64,000 nt of DNA, from assembly GCA_951406725.2 (NCBI GenBank), contig OX597830.1:41540001-41604000 (forward strand), given 5' to 3'. Shown one piece after another: positions 23,999-37,240 of the stretch; position 1 is the stretch's first letter; each line of letters begins with the position of its first letter. The translations under genes and the position numbers were made by a program. This DNA is from Octopus vulgaris (Eukaryota). The notes below the pieces were generated by a model. That model did not search any database and was not told the origin of the DNA. It saw only the letters and a list, made by a program, of their open reading frames with translations.

Positions 23999-26376
23999 TA
24001 TAGGGCTCTAACACGAGCTTAATGATAACTAAATTATTTTATTAAATTCTTTGTTATATTTAAAATTAATTGAAAGAAACACAGAGTATCTCAACAGAAA
24101 TATGGTAACAAAATGGTTAAGAGGAAAAGTTGGGATATGATGCTCTTGAATGTGAATAATAATAAAAAATATTACCCAACTGAACTATTATGAATATACG
24201 ACTGATGTCGTAGTTTTAAGATGTTTCGGCTGTACGGAAAGTTATCACAAGAGTACATTGTCAATAGTTATTGCAAATTTGAAGAATGGTTTCAAAAGTT
24301 TCAGCAGGAATAAGAAGCAGAATGTTACAAGACATGAAGAGCCAAGTTCAGATTGCTGTATGGGTAGCTTTGTTGTGCCTCTGTCTACTTTCATTGGAGA
24401 TGGTAGATTCCACAAAAAACATTTTTGGGGATTCAATGAACCCTTTTCACTTCTGTGGAAAAACAGATCTGTTCATTACATTCATATGTAATCCAAATTA
24501 GGCTGAGTTTATTGCAGATCTAAAGATGCATCACAACTACAGAAATAACCAAGCTTAATTTCCAGAAGGTTCCATTTGAAGCTGAAAGAGTTGCTAAAAG
24601 ATGATATGAAGAAGAATGTATTTGGCAACTTTAAACACTTACAAAGTTTCCCTCTCAAATTCCTCATTATCAACCTCAACTTTGTCAATGTCAAACTCAA
24701 TTTCATTATCTTCTGTCAGGATTACATTGTTGTCTATCTTGATTTTATCATTGTCAATTTAAATGTTATCACTTTAGGATAGAGCACACTTTTTTTTTAA
24801 TGAACAGACCTGATATCCGTGATTATTTGTCATAGAATTAGAAAAGAATGAAAACAATAAAAATTTTGCAAAGGACTACAAATTTTATATAATAAATATT
24901 GTCACATTTTATATTACTGTAAATAAACATACATTTAGTACATCAAATGTAAGTGAAATTACAATAATACTTCAAGACAGTACAATACACAATGCAGAAC
25001 TTCCAGGTTAGGTTACAAGTAGGTTAGTGAAATATTTGAAAGTACTTGGATGGTATCATTTTCAAGACTGAGTGAACAGTTGTTATTGAATATATGTTAC
25101 ATATTGTTATATACATTTCAGCAATAAAGCTTGCTGAATATCTTAATTTTATCACAATATATTAGCCATCAGAAGGTTACAGCTCAGGACACATGCTCAA
25201 AGTGCCACACAGTGAATTTGAAACAAAATCTACATGATTTTGAACCATTAAAAGAAACAACTGGCATTCCATCAGTTACTATGACGAGGGACCCAGTTGA
25301 TCCAACCAATGGAACAGTCATGAAATTAACGTGCAAGTGGCTGAGCACTCCACAGACACCTTAACGTACCCTTAAAGTAATTCTCATAGATTCAGTGTGG
25401 AAATGAATATGACAAGGCTCCCATTGAATTACAGGTACTACTTATTTTTGCCAGCTGAGTGCACTGGAGCAATAGGAAAAGCGTCTTGCTCAAGGAGACA
25501 GTGCATTACTGGGAATCAAACTTGCAACCTTATAATTGTGAGCTAAATGCCCTAACCACACACCTTGTGAACCATACAGCCTTGAGTGTACCTGTAAAAG
25601 AAAAGGCTTCCTGATGAGACCCACAAACTTTGATCTATCACATTTTCGGTGGCTGTGGTACCAATTTACACTTCAGAATGTTAGTACAAGTGTCACTCAT
25701 TCTGGTACAACCACTAACCAGATATTGTTATTATTAGTGTGTAAGCATCTTTTTTAAAACGTAAAGTACAAGTTTCTTGAGAGTTCACACAAGTCTTCAA
25801 TTTTGTTGCTTTCTTCTCATATGAATATCTTATTTGAAGCATGAAGACTAATTGACAACAGATGTTATAGAATTCATTATTTGAAATGTGTTTATGACAT
25901 ATGATTTTTCTAATAACTTCATTGTTAATAAGTCTGGCTTCTAGTTTCTCACACTGTAACCACTTAAATGAAAAATAAAGTAATGACATAGAAATAATTT
26001 AAGTAAATCTTAGTGTCAATGATGTTTTTAACACTTTACTCAACTTCTTAGTGTATAAGATGTACTCATGAATAAGAGCACTTTTTTGTGGTGAAAAAAT
26101 GAGATTTTATATTGTTTCCTCATACACTCAGTATACCATCAGTAATACAGTTGCATTAGATGCATGCCAATTTTTTGTTACATTTAAGAATAAAAAAAGC
26201 ACATCTCATGCACCAGTATGTATGGTACTATTTTTAAAAGTAGTCATAAATATAAACTATGAAAACATATAGAAATAACTTTAGTTTTTGTATTGGTAAT
26301 TGTGTTTTTTTTGTTATGTTTGTTTTTTATAGATTGTTTGTGGATGTAGTTAACTAAAATGTGTCTTTCTTTCTAG

Positions 26377-26579
26377 TTTTACAGAATCGGTTGGTGAAAA
26401 AGCTTTTCAGATTTCATTAGCAGTGAAAGGAACGAATGTTTGGTATGGTCACAATGTTTTTGATCGGCAGGATGGATCTTACATTGTGAGGTATCGTCTA
26501 CATAGGTCATATAAGGATATTGAAATCCATGTTAAGCATAAAGGAAAACATGTTTCTTCATCACCGTTCACTCTTCATG
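26377..26579 (+). CDS. POGLUT2: POGLUT2/3 (KDELC)-like protein O-glucosyltransferase, first visible coding exon (filamin/Ig-like domain)
   Basis: Acceptor ttctag, donor G|gtaagt. Translates FTESVGEKAFQISLAVKGTNVWYGHNVFDRQDGSYIVRYRLHRSYKDIEIHVKHKGKHVSSSPFTLHG, matching the KDELC DRxDGSxIVRYR...SPYxLxG segment. Phases 2/1. Not in the ORF track. Confidence 0.93.
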
Positions 26580-28408
26580 GTAAGTAAATATGAAATAAGT
26601 CCTTATTTCTAAGATTATGATTTTTTGTATTGTTCACCTCCTGTTGTTGTTAAGGCCTAAATCCACCCTGATTGTGCAGAAAAAGGTGGCGAGCTGGCAG
26701 AAACATTAGCACACCGGGCGAAATACTTAGTTCAAATTCTGAGTTCAAATTCCACCAAGGTCGACTTTGCCTTTCATCCTTTCGGGGTCAATTAAATAAG
26801 TACCAGTTACGCACTGGAGTTGATATAATCAACTTAATCCATTTGTCTGTCCTTGTTTGTCCCTTCTGTGTGTAGCCCCTTGTGGGCTGTAAAGAAATAA
26901 GAATAAGATCAAAAGGTATTCCAGGCTGCGACCATACTGACTCTTTGCTTGTCAGGGATTATATTATCCATTGTAGGTGCAGACATGGCTGTATGGTCAG
27001 AAGTTTGTTTTCTCACATAGTTTTGGGTTTAGTCATAATGTATGAAACCTTGGACCCTGGGCTGACCGAAGCCCTGTGAGTGCATTCAGTAGAAAGAAAC
27101 TTGTCGTGTATGTGTGTGTGCGCGCATGTATGTATTACAGTGTTCTTGTCTTGACTTCACTTGATAGTTGTAAACAAGTGTCACTCTCATGCAAGCAGTA
27201 TTCTTCATTTCCAGTCTTCCTTGAAATCATGTCTGGTTGCCTTAATTGGAAACAGGTGAGGGTGGGCAACACGAAGGGCATCCACTTAAACAAATTTCAT
27301 TTGACCTGTGAGAGTATGGAGAAGTGGATATTAAAATGATAATGGAGATGAGTTGGGTCGAGAGCGAGAATGAGAGAGAGAGAGAGAGATAGTGGCAATG
27401 TGCCAGGTTATATTCTCAAGGTAACATAAATTGGATGGTAGGGCATTGCTAAGGGTGCAGGGGTAGGGAGTTCACATGAATGCAAAAAAGGGGAAAGCGG
27501 GGAGAATGCAGTAACTGGGTATAAATTGAAGCAAACAACAGGATAGCAATGACACAGTGGGCAGGGCAGGGCAGTGAGGACAGGATTGGGCTGCAGGTGT
27601 GCAAAAGGAGAGATAAGCATAGAGGAAAGAGGAAATGTAAGGAAGAAGAGAAAGGAAGGTGTAGTTTGGTTTATTTGGGTAGGGTGTGTGAAATGTTCTA
27701 ATTTTACATGTGGGTGAAACACACAGTGCTTCCATCCTTTAGGTGGGTTTGGGGTCAATGAAGCAAGTACCTATCAAGTACTGGGGTTGACTATTCTCTT
27801 CTACAAAATTTGAGGCCTTGTACCTATATAGAAGGGTTTATTATTTTATATACGTACAATAGATTAGACTTGGTAAAGAAAAATTCTCAGCATCAGGCTA
27901 CAACAAGTAACCTTTGATGCTAAGAACCTATCCCATTACTGTTTACTGGAGCTGCACTAAACTAGGTTTTATACCTATTTCCTCTATCCATCTGTTCAAA
28001 TCTTTAGGGACGGTTCCTAATGCACCTATAATCACAGGGATGATGAAATATGTACCAGTGAAACACTGGGTCAATGTAATTGACTTACACCCCAAAATTG
28101 CTGGCCTTGTGCCGAAATTTGAAATCATCATCATCATTATTATTGTTATTATCAGTGGCATCAGCAACAGCATTATCTGTGACATCAGCAGCATCATTAT
28201 CAGCAGTGAGAACATGGTGTGGTACCATAGATGCCTTCTATTTCTATCTAGTTTTTGGATTAACAGTGATTACATTCATTACATTGGGTGTTACCACTGA
28301 AAAGATAACACAGTTTAATGTACAAAGATAATGTAATTTTTGATTGACACAAAAAGCAAAATACAGACCTGTCGTGGCTGGAGCACGTTTGATTATAGGT
28401 TTATTTAA

Positions 28409-28629
28409 CCCTTTTGTTACCAACCCGGCCAAAACCGGCTCTGGCTCTGTAGTATAAATGTCTTGTTTTCATAAGTTTTGAATTAAAATATTCCACCAAG
28501 CCTTAGTCACAATTTATGTTCCAAACACTATCTGAATGATAACTAAGTTATTTTACTAAATTCTTTGTTATATTTAAAATAATTGAAAGAAACACAGAGC
28601 ATCTCAAAATAAATACAGTAACAAAAGGG
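28409..28629. mobile_element. piggyBac-type MITE, family 1 (221 bp)
   Basis: TTAA|CCCTTTTGTTAC...GTAACAAAAGGG|TTAA, perfect 12-bp TIR. Confidence 0.88.
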
Positions 28630-31600
28630 TTAATCAGAACTGATCTGGAACAAAACAACAACATTATCATCATTTAATGTTCATGTTCCATTCTGGCATG
28701 GGTCAGACAGTTCAGCAGGCTCTGATGCACCCATTGACTGCATCATATTCCAGTGTTTGCTTTGGCATGATGTTACTGGCTGGATGCTCATTCTAACACC
28801 AACTTCTTTATAGCATGTTTGAGGTGTCTTTTTCATACCATAATATTATTGATTTTGCAGTGCAGCTTGCAAGGGAGTTGTAGGAAAAAGATTTATTTCA
28901 ATAGCAATTAGGAACAAAATAGCTTTTTTTTTTTTTTTCAAGTGAGATTTAACTGCTGCAACTTTCACTTACCATTTTAGCTATTAAGGGAGTAAAAAGT
29001 CTTTGTAGACTAAGAATATCAAGGGATTTGTCTGCCAATGAGAACAGCTTTCACGTTTTTCATCTGTACAGTCATGACTGGCAAGGCAAGGTGTAACTTC
29101 AGTCAGCTGTGTCAAGTAAATCAAGCATAGCATTCATTCATTGGTTTATTTTGAGATTTCAATAGCATCAGTTTCAATCTCACCTTCATGATAATATTTG
29201 ACAGACTCTCCATGCTAAACTTGCTCACCGACTAAACCCTTAACATCAGGAAACGAAAAGCAATGGTCATATTGTTTAGATTTATCACAAAAACCTATAT
29301 TCAACACACAAAGCTTCTATGACACACCTCTGTATTCCCATTAATAACTATCTTTATGTCTATATAATGTTGTTAGGTTAGTTTTTTTAATATCTTTAAT
29401 ATTTACTCAACATTTCTTCTTTTGATATCTGTTTTTCCTATGTGATCAACAGCAGTTAAACAGATTTGCAGTACAGCATTTTACTATTCATCGTTATCCT
29501 ACAAGGGATCTTTTACTCCTCATTAACATTTATCAGTATCTGTCTGTTTACCAATTTATCATAATTCTCCTAACTTTCTTTACCAGAATTTTCCTTTCTA
29601 CACTTTATTTTTGTAGAATTTCATTTCCTTTCTCATATTCACCCAACAAGAAGTAATAAATACACAGTTCAAATCTTATGGCCTGTTCCAAATTGGTGTT
29701 TATATTGTCTAATATCTAAGCAAAACAACTGGGCTTGTCTCTCTATCACACTTTAGTTTTTCAGCACTTGGCATAGGACCTCCCCCTGTCAGCCACCTCC
29801 TATTTATTTGAAGGTGCTTTTTTTTTTTGCTTCCTATTCTTTTGTTTTTCAAATTATTTGTCGATTTCACTGGTGCTGCTGCTATGAAAAAAGCACACAG
29901 TACACTCTGTAAAGTGATTAGCATTATGAAGGGCATCCAGCTGTAGAAATTGTGCCAAAGTAGACATTGAAGCTAGGTGCAGCCCTATGGTTTACCAGAT
30001 CCTGGTCAAACCATCCAACCCATGGAAAAACGGATGTTGAAAAACTTTTCTTTCTGTTAGTGTGTTTTTTTTTGTTATATTTCGTAGCTTTTTGTAATAT
30101 TTTATTCCTTCCATTCTAATTAATAATTCTATAATTTTTGTCTGAATTTCTGGGAGGTAGAAATATCAATTTTAAGCTCTGTCGTATTCAGATGAGTGAC
30201 ATCATCGTGTTTGCTATGTTCACAATGTTTTGGCCATTATATGTTCCAGCCCGCCTCAGTTACCTGTTATATTTGGTAATTGGAATTTCTTTATGAAACC
30301 CATGGGAGTAAATTGTTTCCATTTCATTGTATCCTTGATATCATCATCATCATCATCGTTTAACGTCCGCTTTCCATGCTGGCATGGGTTGGACGGTTCA
30401 ACTGGGGTCTGGGAAGCCAGAAGGCTGCACCAGGCCCAGTCTGATCTGGCAGTGTTTCTACAGCTGGATGCCCTTCCTAACGCCAACCACTCCGTGAGTG
30501 TAGTGGGTGCTTTTTACATGCCATCGGCACAGGTGCCAGATGAGGCTGGCAAACGGCCACGGTCGGATGGTGCTTTTTACATGCCACCGGCACGGGGACC
30601 AGACGAAGCTGGCAACGGCCACGGTCGGATGGTGCTTTTTACATGCCACTGGCACGGAGGCCAGTCGGGCGGGGCTGGCTACGGCCACGTTCGGATGGTT
30701 CTCTTATGTGCCACCGGCACTGGTATCACAGCTACAAATTCCATTGATGTTGATAGATTACAATTTTGATTTTCACTTGCCTCAACAGGTCTTCACAAGT
30801 GGAGTTTTGTGTCCCAAGAAGGAAAGGAATGCATAAGTGGGCTGGCTACATCCCAGGTATAGGCCACAGGATTATGGCCTCACTTGTCCTGCCAGGTCTT
30901 CTCACACACAGCATACTTCCATAGGTCTCAGTCTCTAGTCATTTCCTCAGTGAGACCTAAAGTTCGAAGGTCATGCTTCACCACCTCGTCCCAGGTTTTC
31001 CTGGGTCTACCTCTTCCACAGGTTTCCTCAACCACTTGGGTAATCTATTTCCAAGGATTTTAATAATGGGTTGTGTTTGAAATTCTGAGAACATTATCAT
31101 ATCAAATATGACAGACACATGGAAAAGGCCTGATGACACAAAAACCAAAATATTGTGACAATCCAAATGAGGCTACAATTTTGAATATGTCATTGTAAAA
31201 CAATGACTTCATGTTCTGATTACCCAAAGTCTATGAGACACTTAGGTCCCTAGCAAGCTCCACTGGCATAGCTCTCGGGGTCATTGAGGCACACAAACTA
31301 CATCACAACAACTGGACTTTGCAGTGGTTTTATCAGTGTTAAGGTAACTATTCCTCTGAGGATTGTTTCTCTTTTCTATCTCTATAGTCTAGATATTTCT
31401 ACTTGTAACTCCTTATCATTGAATAGTTCTCCATTTCAGATCATCATCATCGTTTAATGTCATTATCATGTTTATCATTTCTTTGTGTTTGTTATTTTAC
31501 TTTTTGCATACTCCCTTATGGTATCTCACACTATATCATCCTGTAATGTCTCCAATGTTTTTGTCAACTCTTAGTTTTTAATAAAGAAATCATCATCATC

Positions 31601-33083
31601 ATTGTCAAGATGGGCTGGAAGAATATTTAGAGTGTCTTGCTATATTTGTTTCGGCTCTTTATGTTCTTGGTTCAAATCCTACCTAGGTCAACTTCGCTTT
31701 TTGTCCCTTCTGTTGATAAAATGAAGTGCTGATTAATTACTGAGGTTAATATGACTGCTTAACTTCCGCATCACTTCAGAAGTTCTGGCCTTGTGCATAA
31801 ATTAGAAATTATTATTATTACTATCATCAGGCATAAGTGTGGCTGTGTGATTAAGAAGTTTGCTTTCCAGTCACTATGTCTTGGGTTCAAACCCACTGCA
31901 TGACACTTTAGACAGATGTTTTCTGCAATAGCCCTGGGTCAACCAAAGCCTTGTGAGGGGATTTGGTAGATGGAAACTGAACAAAGCCCTTCATGTAAGT
32001 TTGTATTTGTCTTCCAACAACCGGTGTTGGTTTGTTTATATTGCTGCAACCTAGTTGTTTGACAAAAGGGACAGAAAGATTAAGTACCAAGCATTACAAA
32101 TAATTACTAAGTTCTGAAGTCAATTTGTTTAACCAAAACCCTTCAAGGTTTTGCTCCAGCATGGTCACAGTTCAATGATTGACATGAGTAAAAATAAGGA
32201 AAAAAAGATTACAGTAGTTAGTTTCATAGGACAGTTAAGATTGTATTGCAGGAATTAACTTGGTTTTTCAGCCTTCACAACAGGTACCAATATTATATTG
32301 GTTTCAAATTATGGCACAAGGCCAGCAATCTCAGGGAATGGGGTAATTTGATTACATCAACCCCCAGTATTCGACTGGTACTTATTTTATTGACCTTGAA
32401 AGGATGAAAGGTAAAGTCAATCTCAGTGGAATTTGAACTTGGAACATAAAAACAGAAGAAATGTCACTGAGCATTTTTCCCAGTGTGCTAACAATTCCAC
32501 CACCTTAATTACCAATATTATATTGAATTTAGTCAAACTAATTACACTGTGTAACACGATTTTTATCCTTGGGTAGCAACTCTTATTTTCTATTTGCTTA
32601 CCGCTAGAAAGTATGGAAAATGGCTAACACTTCCATCAAACTTTGCTTTTGTTATGATATTTATTCAAACCCCACAGAATCCCTTTCAACACATGACTAC
32701 GATGATCCCACTACTCCTGCTTATGATCAGAAATGGACATATTGTCAGCCACTAAGGCACATTCTCAAGTGGTTGTGGTCAAGCAACTAACAAGCTAATC
32801 TGTGGTATTGAGAAGAATATTTACTTCAATGATATTTCTGCCTCAGCAGCTCGGTGTTGAATTTGTCTGAAATGTAATGGAAAACAGGTCAGTTTCGAAA
32901 CATTGACATCCAGATCACAAAAGCAAAGTCTGAAGGGAATAGAGTTCATTTCCTTTGATTTCTCGAAGGAAGCAAATAGGAAAGACAGGAAAAAAAGAAA
33001 TTAAAATGTTGTTACACAGTGTTATTCATTCCTCATTCAAATATCCCTTTATTTCATTTGTATTTATATTTTTTGTATTTCAG

Positions 33084-33298
33084 GAACTTCATATCACGAG
33101 GATTGTTATTGTCCAGTGTTGAATTTTGACAAATGGCTTAAAGCAATGGAATGTCCTTCAACATACAAACAAATTGATGATGACTTACAGATTTGGAAAA
33201 ATGCTATAAATATGGAAAAATTAGCTCCAAAAATAGTCAAAAGATTCAATCACCATGGACAACATAGTATTTGTCATTACAAAATAATCAACAATAAG
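33084..33298 (+). CDS. POGLUT2: POGLUT2/3-like exon (YHEDCYCP...CHYKIINNK)
   Basis: Acceptor tttcag, phase 1 matches the previous exon. Translates GTSYHEDCYCPVLNFDKWLKAMECP...HSICHYKIINNK. Ends at a non-canonical AAG|GCAAGT donor, phase 0. Confidence 0.92.
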
Positions 33299-34176
33299 GC
33301 AAGTAAAACAACATTTTATATATGTGTGTATATTCGGAGGAAGTGTGACTGTGTGGTTAAGACGCTTCCCAGCCATGTGGTCCTGGGTTCAATCCCACTG
33401 CAAGGCACTTTGGGCTGACCAAAGCCTTGTGAGTGGATTTTATAGAGAGAAAAAGCATCCAGTACATTCTGTGAAATTGGTTGGCATTAGGAAGGTCATC
33501 TTGCTGTAGAAACCATGCCAAAGCAAACATAGGTCCTATGGACCATCAGCTCCTGCCAAACCATTCCACCCATGCTAGCATGGAAAATGGATGTTAAACA
33601 AAGATGAAGATGAGAATGATGATGTGTTTGTTTTTATGTGTACCCTTGTTTTAACATCATTTGATGGTTGTAAATGAGTGTCACCGTTATGCAAGTGAGG
33701 TTGTTTGTTTCCAATCTGCTGTGAAAAATATGTCTGTCTATAGGAAAATATTACCTTTGAACAGTTGGTGACAAGAAAGGAATCTTGTCATAGAAAATCT
33801 GCCTCAACTAACTCCATTTAATCCATGCTAACATGGAAAAGAGGACATTAAATGATGGTGATGCTACACAGACACACACAGGCATGCACACGCTCACACA
33901 TATATATGTAGTGGAGGCACATGGCTTAGTTGTTAGGGTGTTCGACTCACAATCTTACAATTGTGGTTTCAATTTCTGGACTGGGTAATGTATTATGCCC
34001 TTGAACAAAACACTTCAATTCATGTTATTCCAGTCCACTCAACTGATAAAAATGATTAATTTTGCAATGGATTGGTGAATTGTCCTGAAAGGAATATAAA
34101 TGCCAGAGAAATTAGGAAACCAGTCCTATGCTTTTCACTGAGTAATGTGGATTAATTGTGTGTGTATGTTGATGTA

Positions 34177-34209
<33 letters not shown>

Positions 34210-34225
34210 CTGTGTGTGTGTGTGA

Positions 34226-34547
34226 AGGCATGTGGCTTAGTGGTTAGGGCATTCGGCTCACAATTGTAAGGTCGTGAGTTCAATTCCTGGCAACGCATTG
34301 TGTCCTTGAGCAAGACACTTTATTTCATGTTGCTCCAGTCCACTCGGCTGATAAAAATGAGTTGTACCTGTTTTTCAAAGGGCCGGCCTTGTCCCACTCT
34401 GTGTCACGCTGAATCTCATTGAGAACTGCGTTAGGGGCACACGTTCTTGTGGATTGCTCAGTCACTTGCACATTAATTTCACGAGCAAGCTGTTCTGTTG
34501 ATCGTATCAGCTGGGACCCTTGTTGTCGTAACCGACGGAGTGCTCCT
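34226..34547 (+). mobile_element. tRNA-derived SINE family C
   Basis: gtggcttagtggttag...gagttcaattcc head and gtgtccttgagcaagacactt block. Others at about 33915, 45171 and 63408 (+); 11720-11980 and 25255-25560 (-). Confidence 0.85.
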
Positions 34548-35654
34548 ACTATGTATATATATGTATGTATGTGTGTGTGTATATGTATGCTCAACCTGGC
34601 TTCTGAGTTGGCAGGAACAGTGGATGCGATTTTCTCTGTAGGTAACTTCAGGAGTGTAATGAATTTTGAGTATCATTTTATCAGGTATTTTCTGACCTTA
34701 TTAATTCCTTTGATATTATCAATGGAGAAGCTTTGTGGATGGTTCTTTGCAAACGTGGCTGTCAATTAAAATGTGTGTGCATGTTTAGCCCTTTAGCATT
34801 AAAGCCAATCATATCTGGCCAAAATGTTCTGCCTGTTTTAGGCTCAAATTGGCCAGATCTAGTCTTTCACATCTACTCTACAATAACATTCTAAAAGTAA
34901 ACAGTTACATCATCGAAATGTTACAAGATATTGCATGATTAATTCAAAATGGTATGAATAAATAAGCACGACTTTTACTGAGTGACATGAATGCTAGATG
35001 GTTAAAGAACTGCACATCTTCTTATAAACAAATCTCGTAAAAATAGCTACATTCTGAATTTTTTAAACAGTCCTTGGCTTTTTTGTGATAAGTACTCATC
35101 AACAGGTAAGCATTGTTATTGACTTAAAATGGAAATCAGGACATCTACATTCAAGAAATTAGTCACTCTCGTCTTCATCATCATCATTTAACATCCATTT
35201 TCCATGCTGGCATGGGTTGGACGGTTTGACTGGGGACTGGCAAGCCAGTAGGCTGTGCCAGACACCAATCTGACCTGGCAAAGTTTCTACAGCTGGATGT
35301 CCTTCCTAATGCCAATCACTCTGAGAGTATAGTGGGGGTGCTTTTTACATGCTACTGATACAGGAGCCAGTCAGGCAGCACTGGCATTGACCACATTTGC
35401 ATGGTACTTTTTACATGCCACCAGCATGGGTGCCAATCAGGTGGAACTGGTATTGACCATATGTGCATGGTACTTTTTACATGCCAGTCAGGTAGAATTG
35501 GCATTGTCCACAACTACAATTTCCATTTTGATTTTGATTTTTGATCTTTTTGAAAAATTTTCTGATAGGATTTTTTTTTTTTTTTGATGCTGCATTCAAC
35601 TTGTTAAAAAAGAAATAACAACAAACAATAATATTCTCTTCCCATTTATTTCAG

Positions 35655-35902
35655 TTGAGCCGTAAGTGTTATGGAGAACACACAGGGTTTAGTATGTTTT
35701 CTGATACGCCATTCCTTTCATTGGCTCGCAAAGTTATCCTGCCTGATATGGATTTCTTTATCAACCTTGGTGACTGGCCATTATCTGAGAAGTCAAGTAA
35801 GCAAACATATCCAATATTTTCTTGGTGTGGTTCTCATGAAACAAAAGACATTGTGATGCCAACCTATGACATAACAGAATCTACTTTGGGAATGATGTCT
35901 AA
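35655..35902 (+). CDS. POGLUT2: POGLUT2/3-like exon, CAP10/GT90 domain start
   Basis: Acceptor tttcag, donor AA|gtaagt. [17 protein letters not shown]...[13 protein letters not shown]...PIFSWCGS...[12 protein letters not shown] carries the family NLGDWP and FSWCGS motifs. Confidence 0.96.
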
Positions 35903-35960
35903 GTAAGTATGACTAAAAATATATTCACCATTTCTTTCTTTCATTACCCTAATGTGTATG

Positions 35961-35993
<33 letters not shown>

Positions 35994-36844
35994 ATGTATG
36001 CTCAACCTGGCTTCTGAGTTGGCAATGCATGACAAAATTATCTGTAGATATTTATTTCTTCTTTCTTTCTTCAGTTTTTTTTTTTAAATATCTGATGATA
36101 AAATTCTAAAATTCAGAATCAAGGGAGTTTAATTAGATTTAACCTTCTACCATTCAGATTAGTCTATCAAATGTGGTTCTTATTTATTCACATTGTTTTG
36201 AATTGTTTTTAATTAATCATGAATATCCTCATAGCTTTGATATTTCAGTGACCTGATTGTTCATTTTTAGAATGGCATTGTAGAGTAGGAATGGGAGACT
36301 GGATCAGGTTGGTTTGAACACAAAACAGAATATATGTGCCTAGTATAACCAGTTTAAATGCTAAAGAGTTAAGGTTTCTTTGTGTAAAGCTGGAACCAAC
36401 TCCTGTCACACGGAACTCACAAACCTGCTTTCAACTTTCTTGTAGACACCTGATATTTTGTAAATTCTTTTGAGAAAAATAGAATTTTTTCTCATACCCA
36501 AATAAGTCTGAGTTTTTGGGCCTTCTCGGGTAGTTTACTGATGGTGTAGGTCATACAAATCCACTGCTCATTTTCATTTCCTTATTCCTCTGTATCTAGG
36601 TTTAGTAAATGCTAAAGCTTTTGAAAAACTCATGAATGAATGCCACATCTTTTCTCTCAGAATGAGATGACTGTGCATACCTGAGTGGTTTGCTATGGCT
36701 CACTGGAAAATCAACCTGTTTTGGTGATTGCGTATTTTGGCACTGGAGGCAAATATACACACACACACGCACGCGTAAACCTGCATGGAAACATACGCAT
36801 ACAAACAGAGAAACAGAGTAAGAGAGAGAGGGATCACACATATG

Positions 36845-37007
36845 CGTAGGAGTGGCTGTGTGGTAAGTAGCTTGCTTACGAACCACATGGTCCTGGGTTC
36901 AGTCCCACTGCATGGCACCTTGAGCAAGTGTCTTCTACTATAGCCTCAGGCCGACCAAAGCCTTGTGAGTGGATTTGGTAGACGGAAACTGAAAGAAGCC
37001 CATTGTA

Positions 37008-37052
<45 letters not shown>

Positions 37053-37240
37053 GTATGTGTGTGTGTGTGTGTGTATATGTTTGTGTCTGTGTTTAGGTCC
37101 CCGTAACTTAGCGGTTCGGCAAATGACACTGATAGAATAAGTACTAGGCTTACAAAGAATAAGTCCTGGGGTCGATTTACTCGACTAAAGGCAGTACTCC
37201 AGCATGGCCACAGTCAAATGACTGAAACAAGTAAAAGAGT
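36845..37240 (+). mobile_element. tRNA-derived SINE family B (internal TA/TG microsatellite)
   Basis: gtggctgtgtggtaag...ggttcagtccc head, accttgagcaagt block, tail atgactgaaacaagtaaaagagt. Others at about 9815-10460, 31830 and 59415 (+); 13955-14372, 16530-16955 and 46540-46860 (-). Confidence 0.88.

Noticed and set aside
26381-26384. Alternative acceptor acag 8 nt inside the first visible exon
   Set aside because: It shifts the frame to an almost immediate TGA and removes conserved FT residues.
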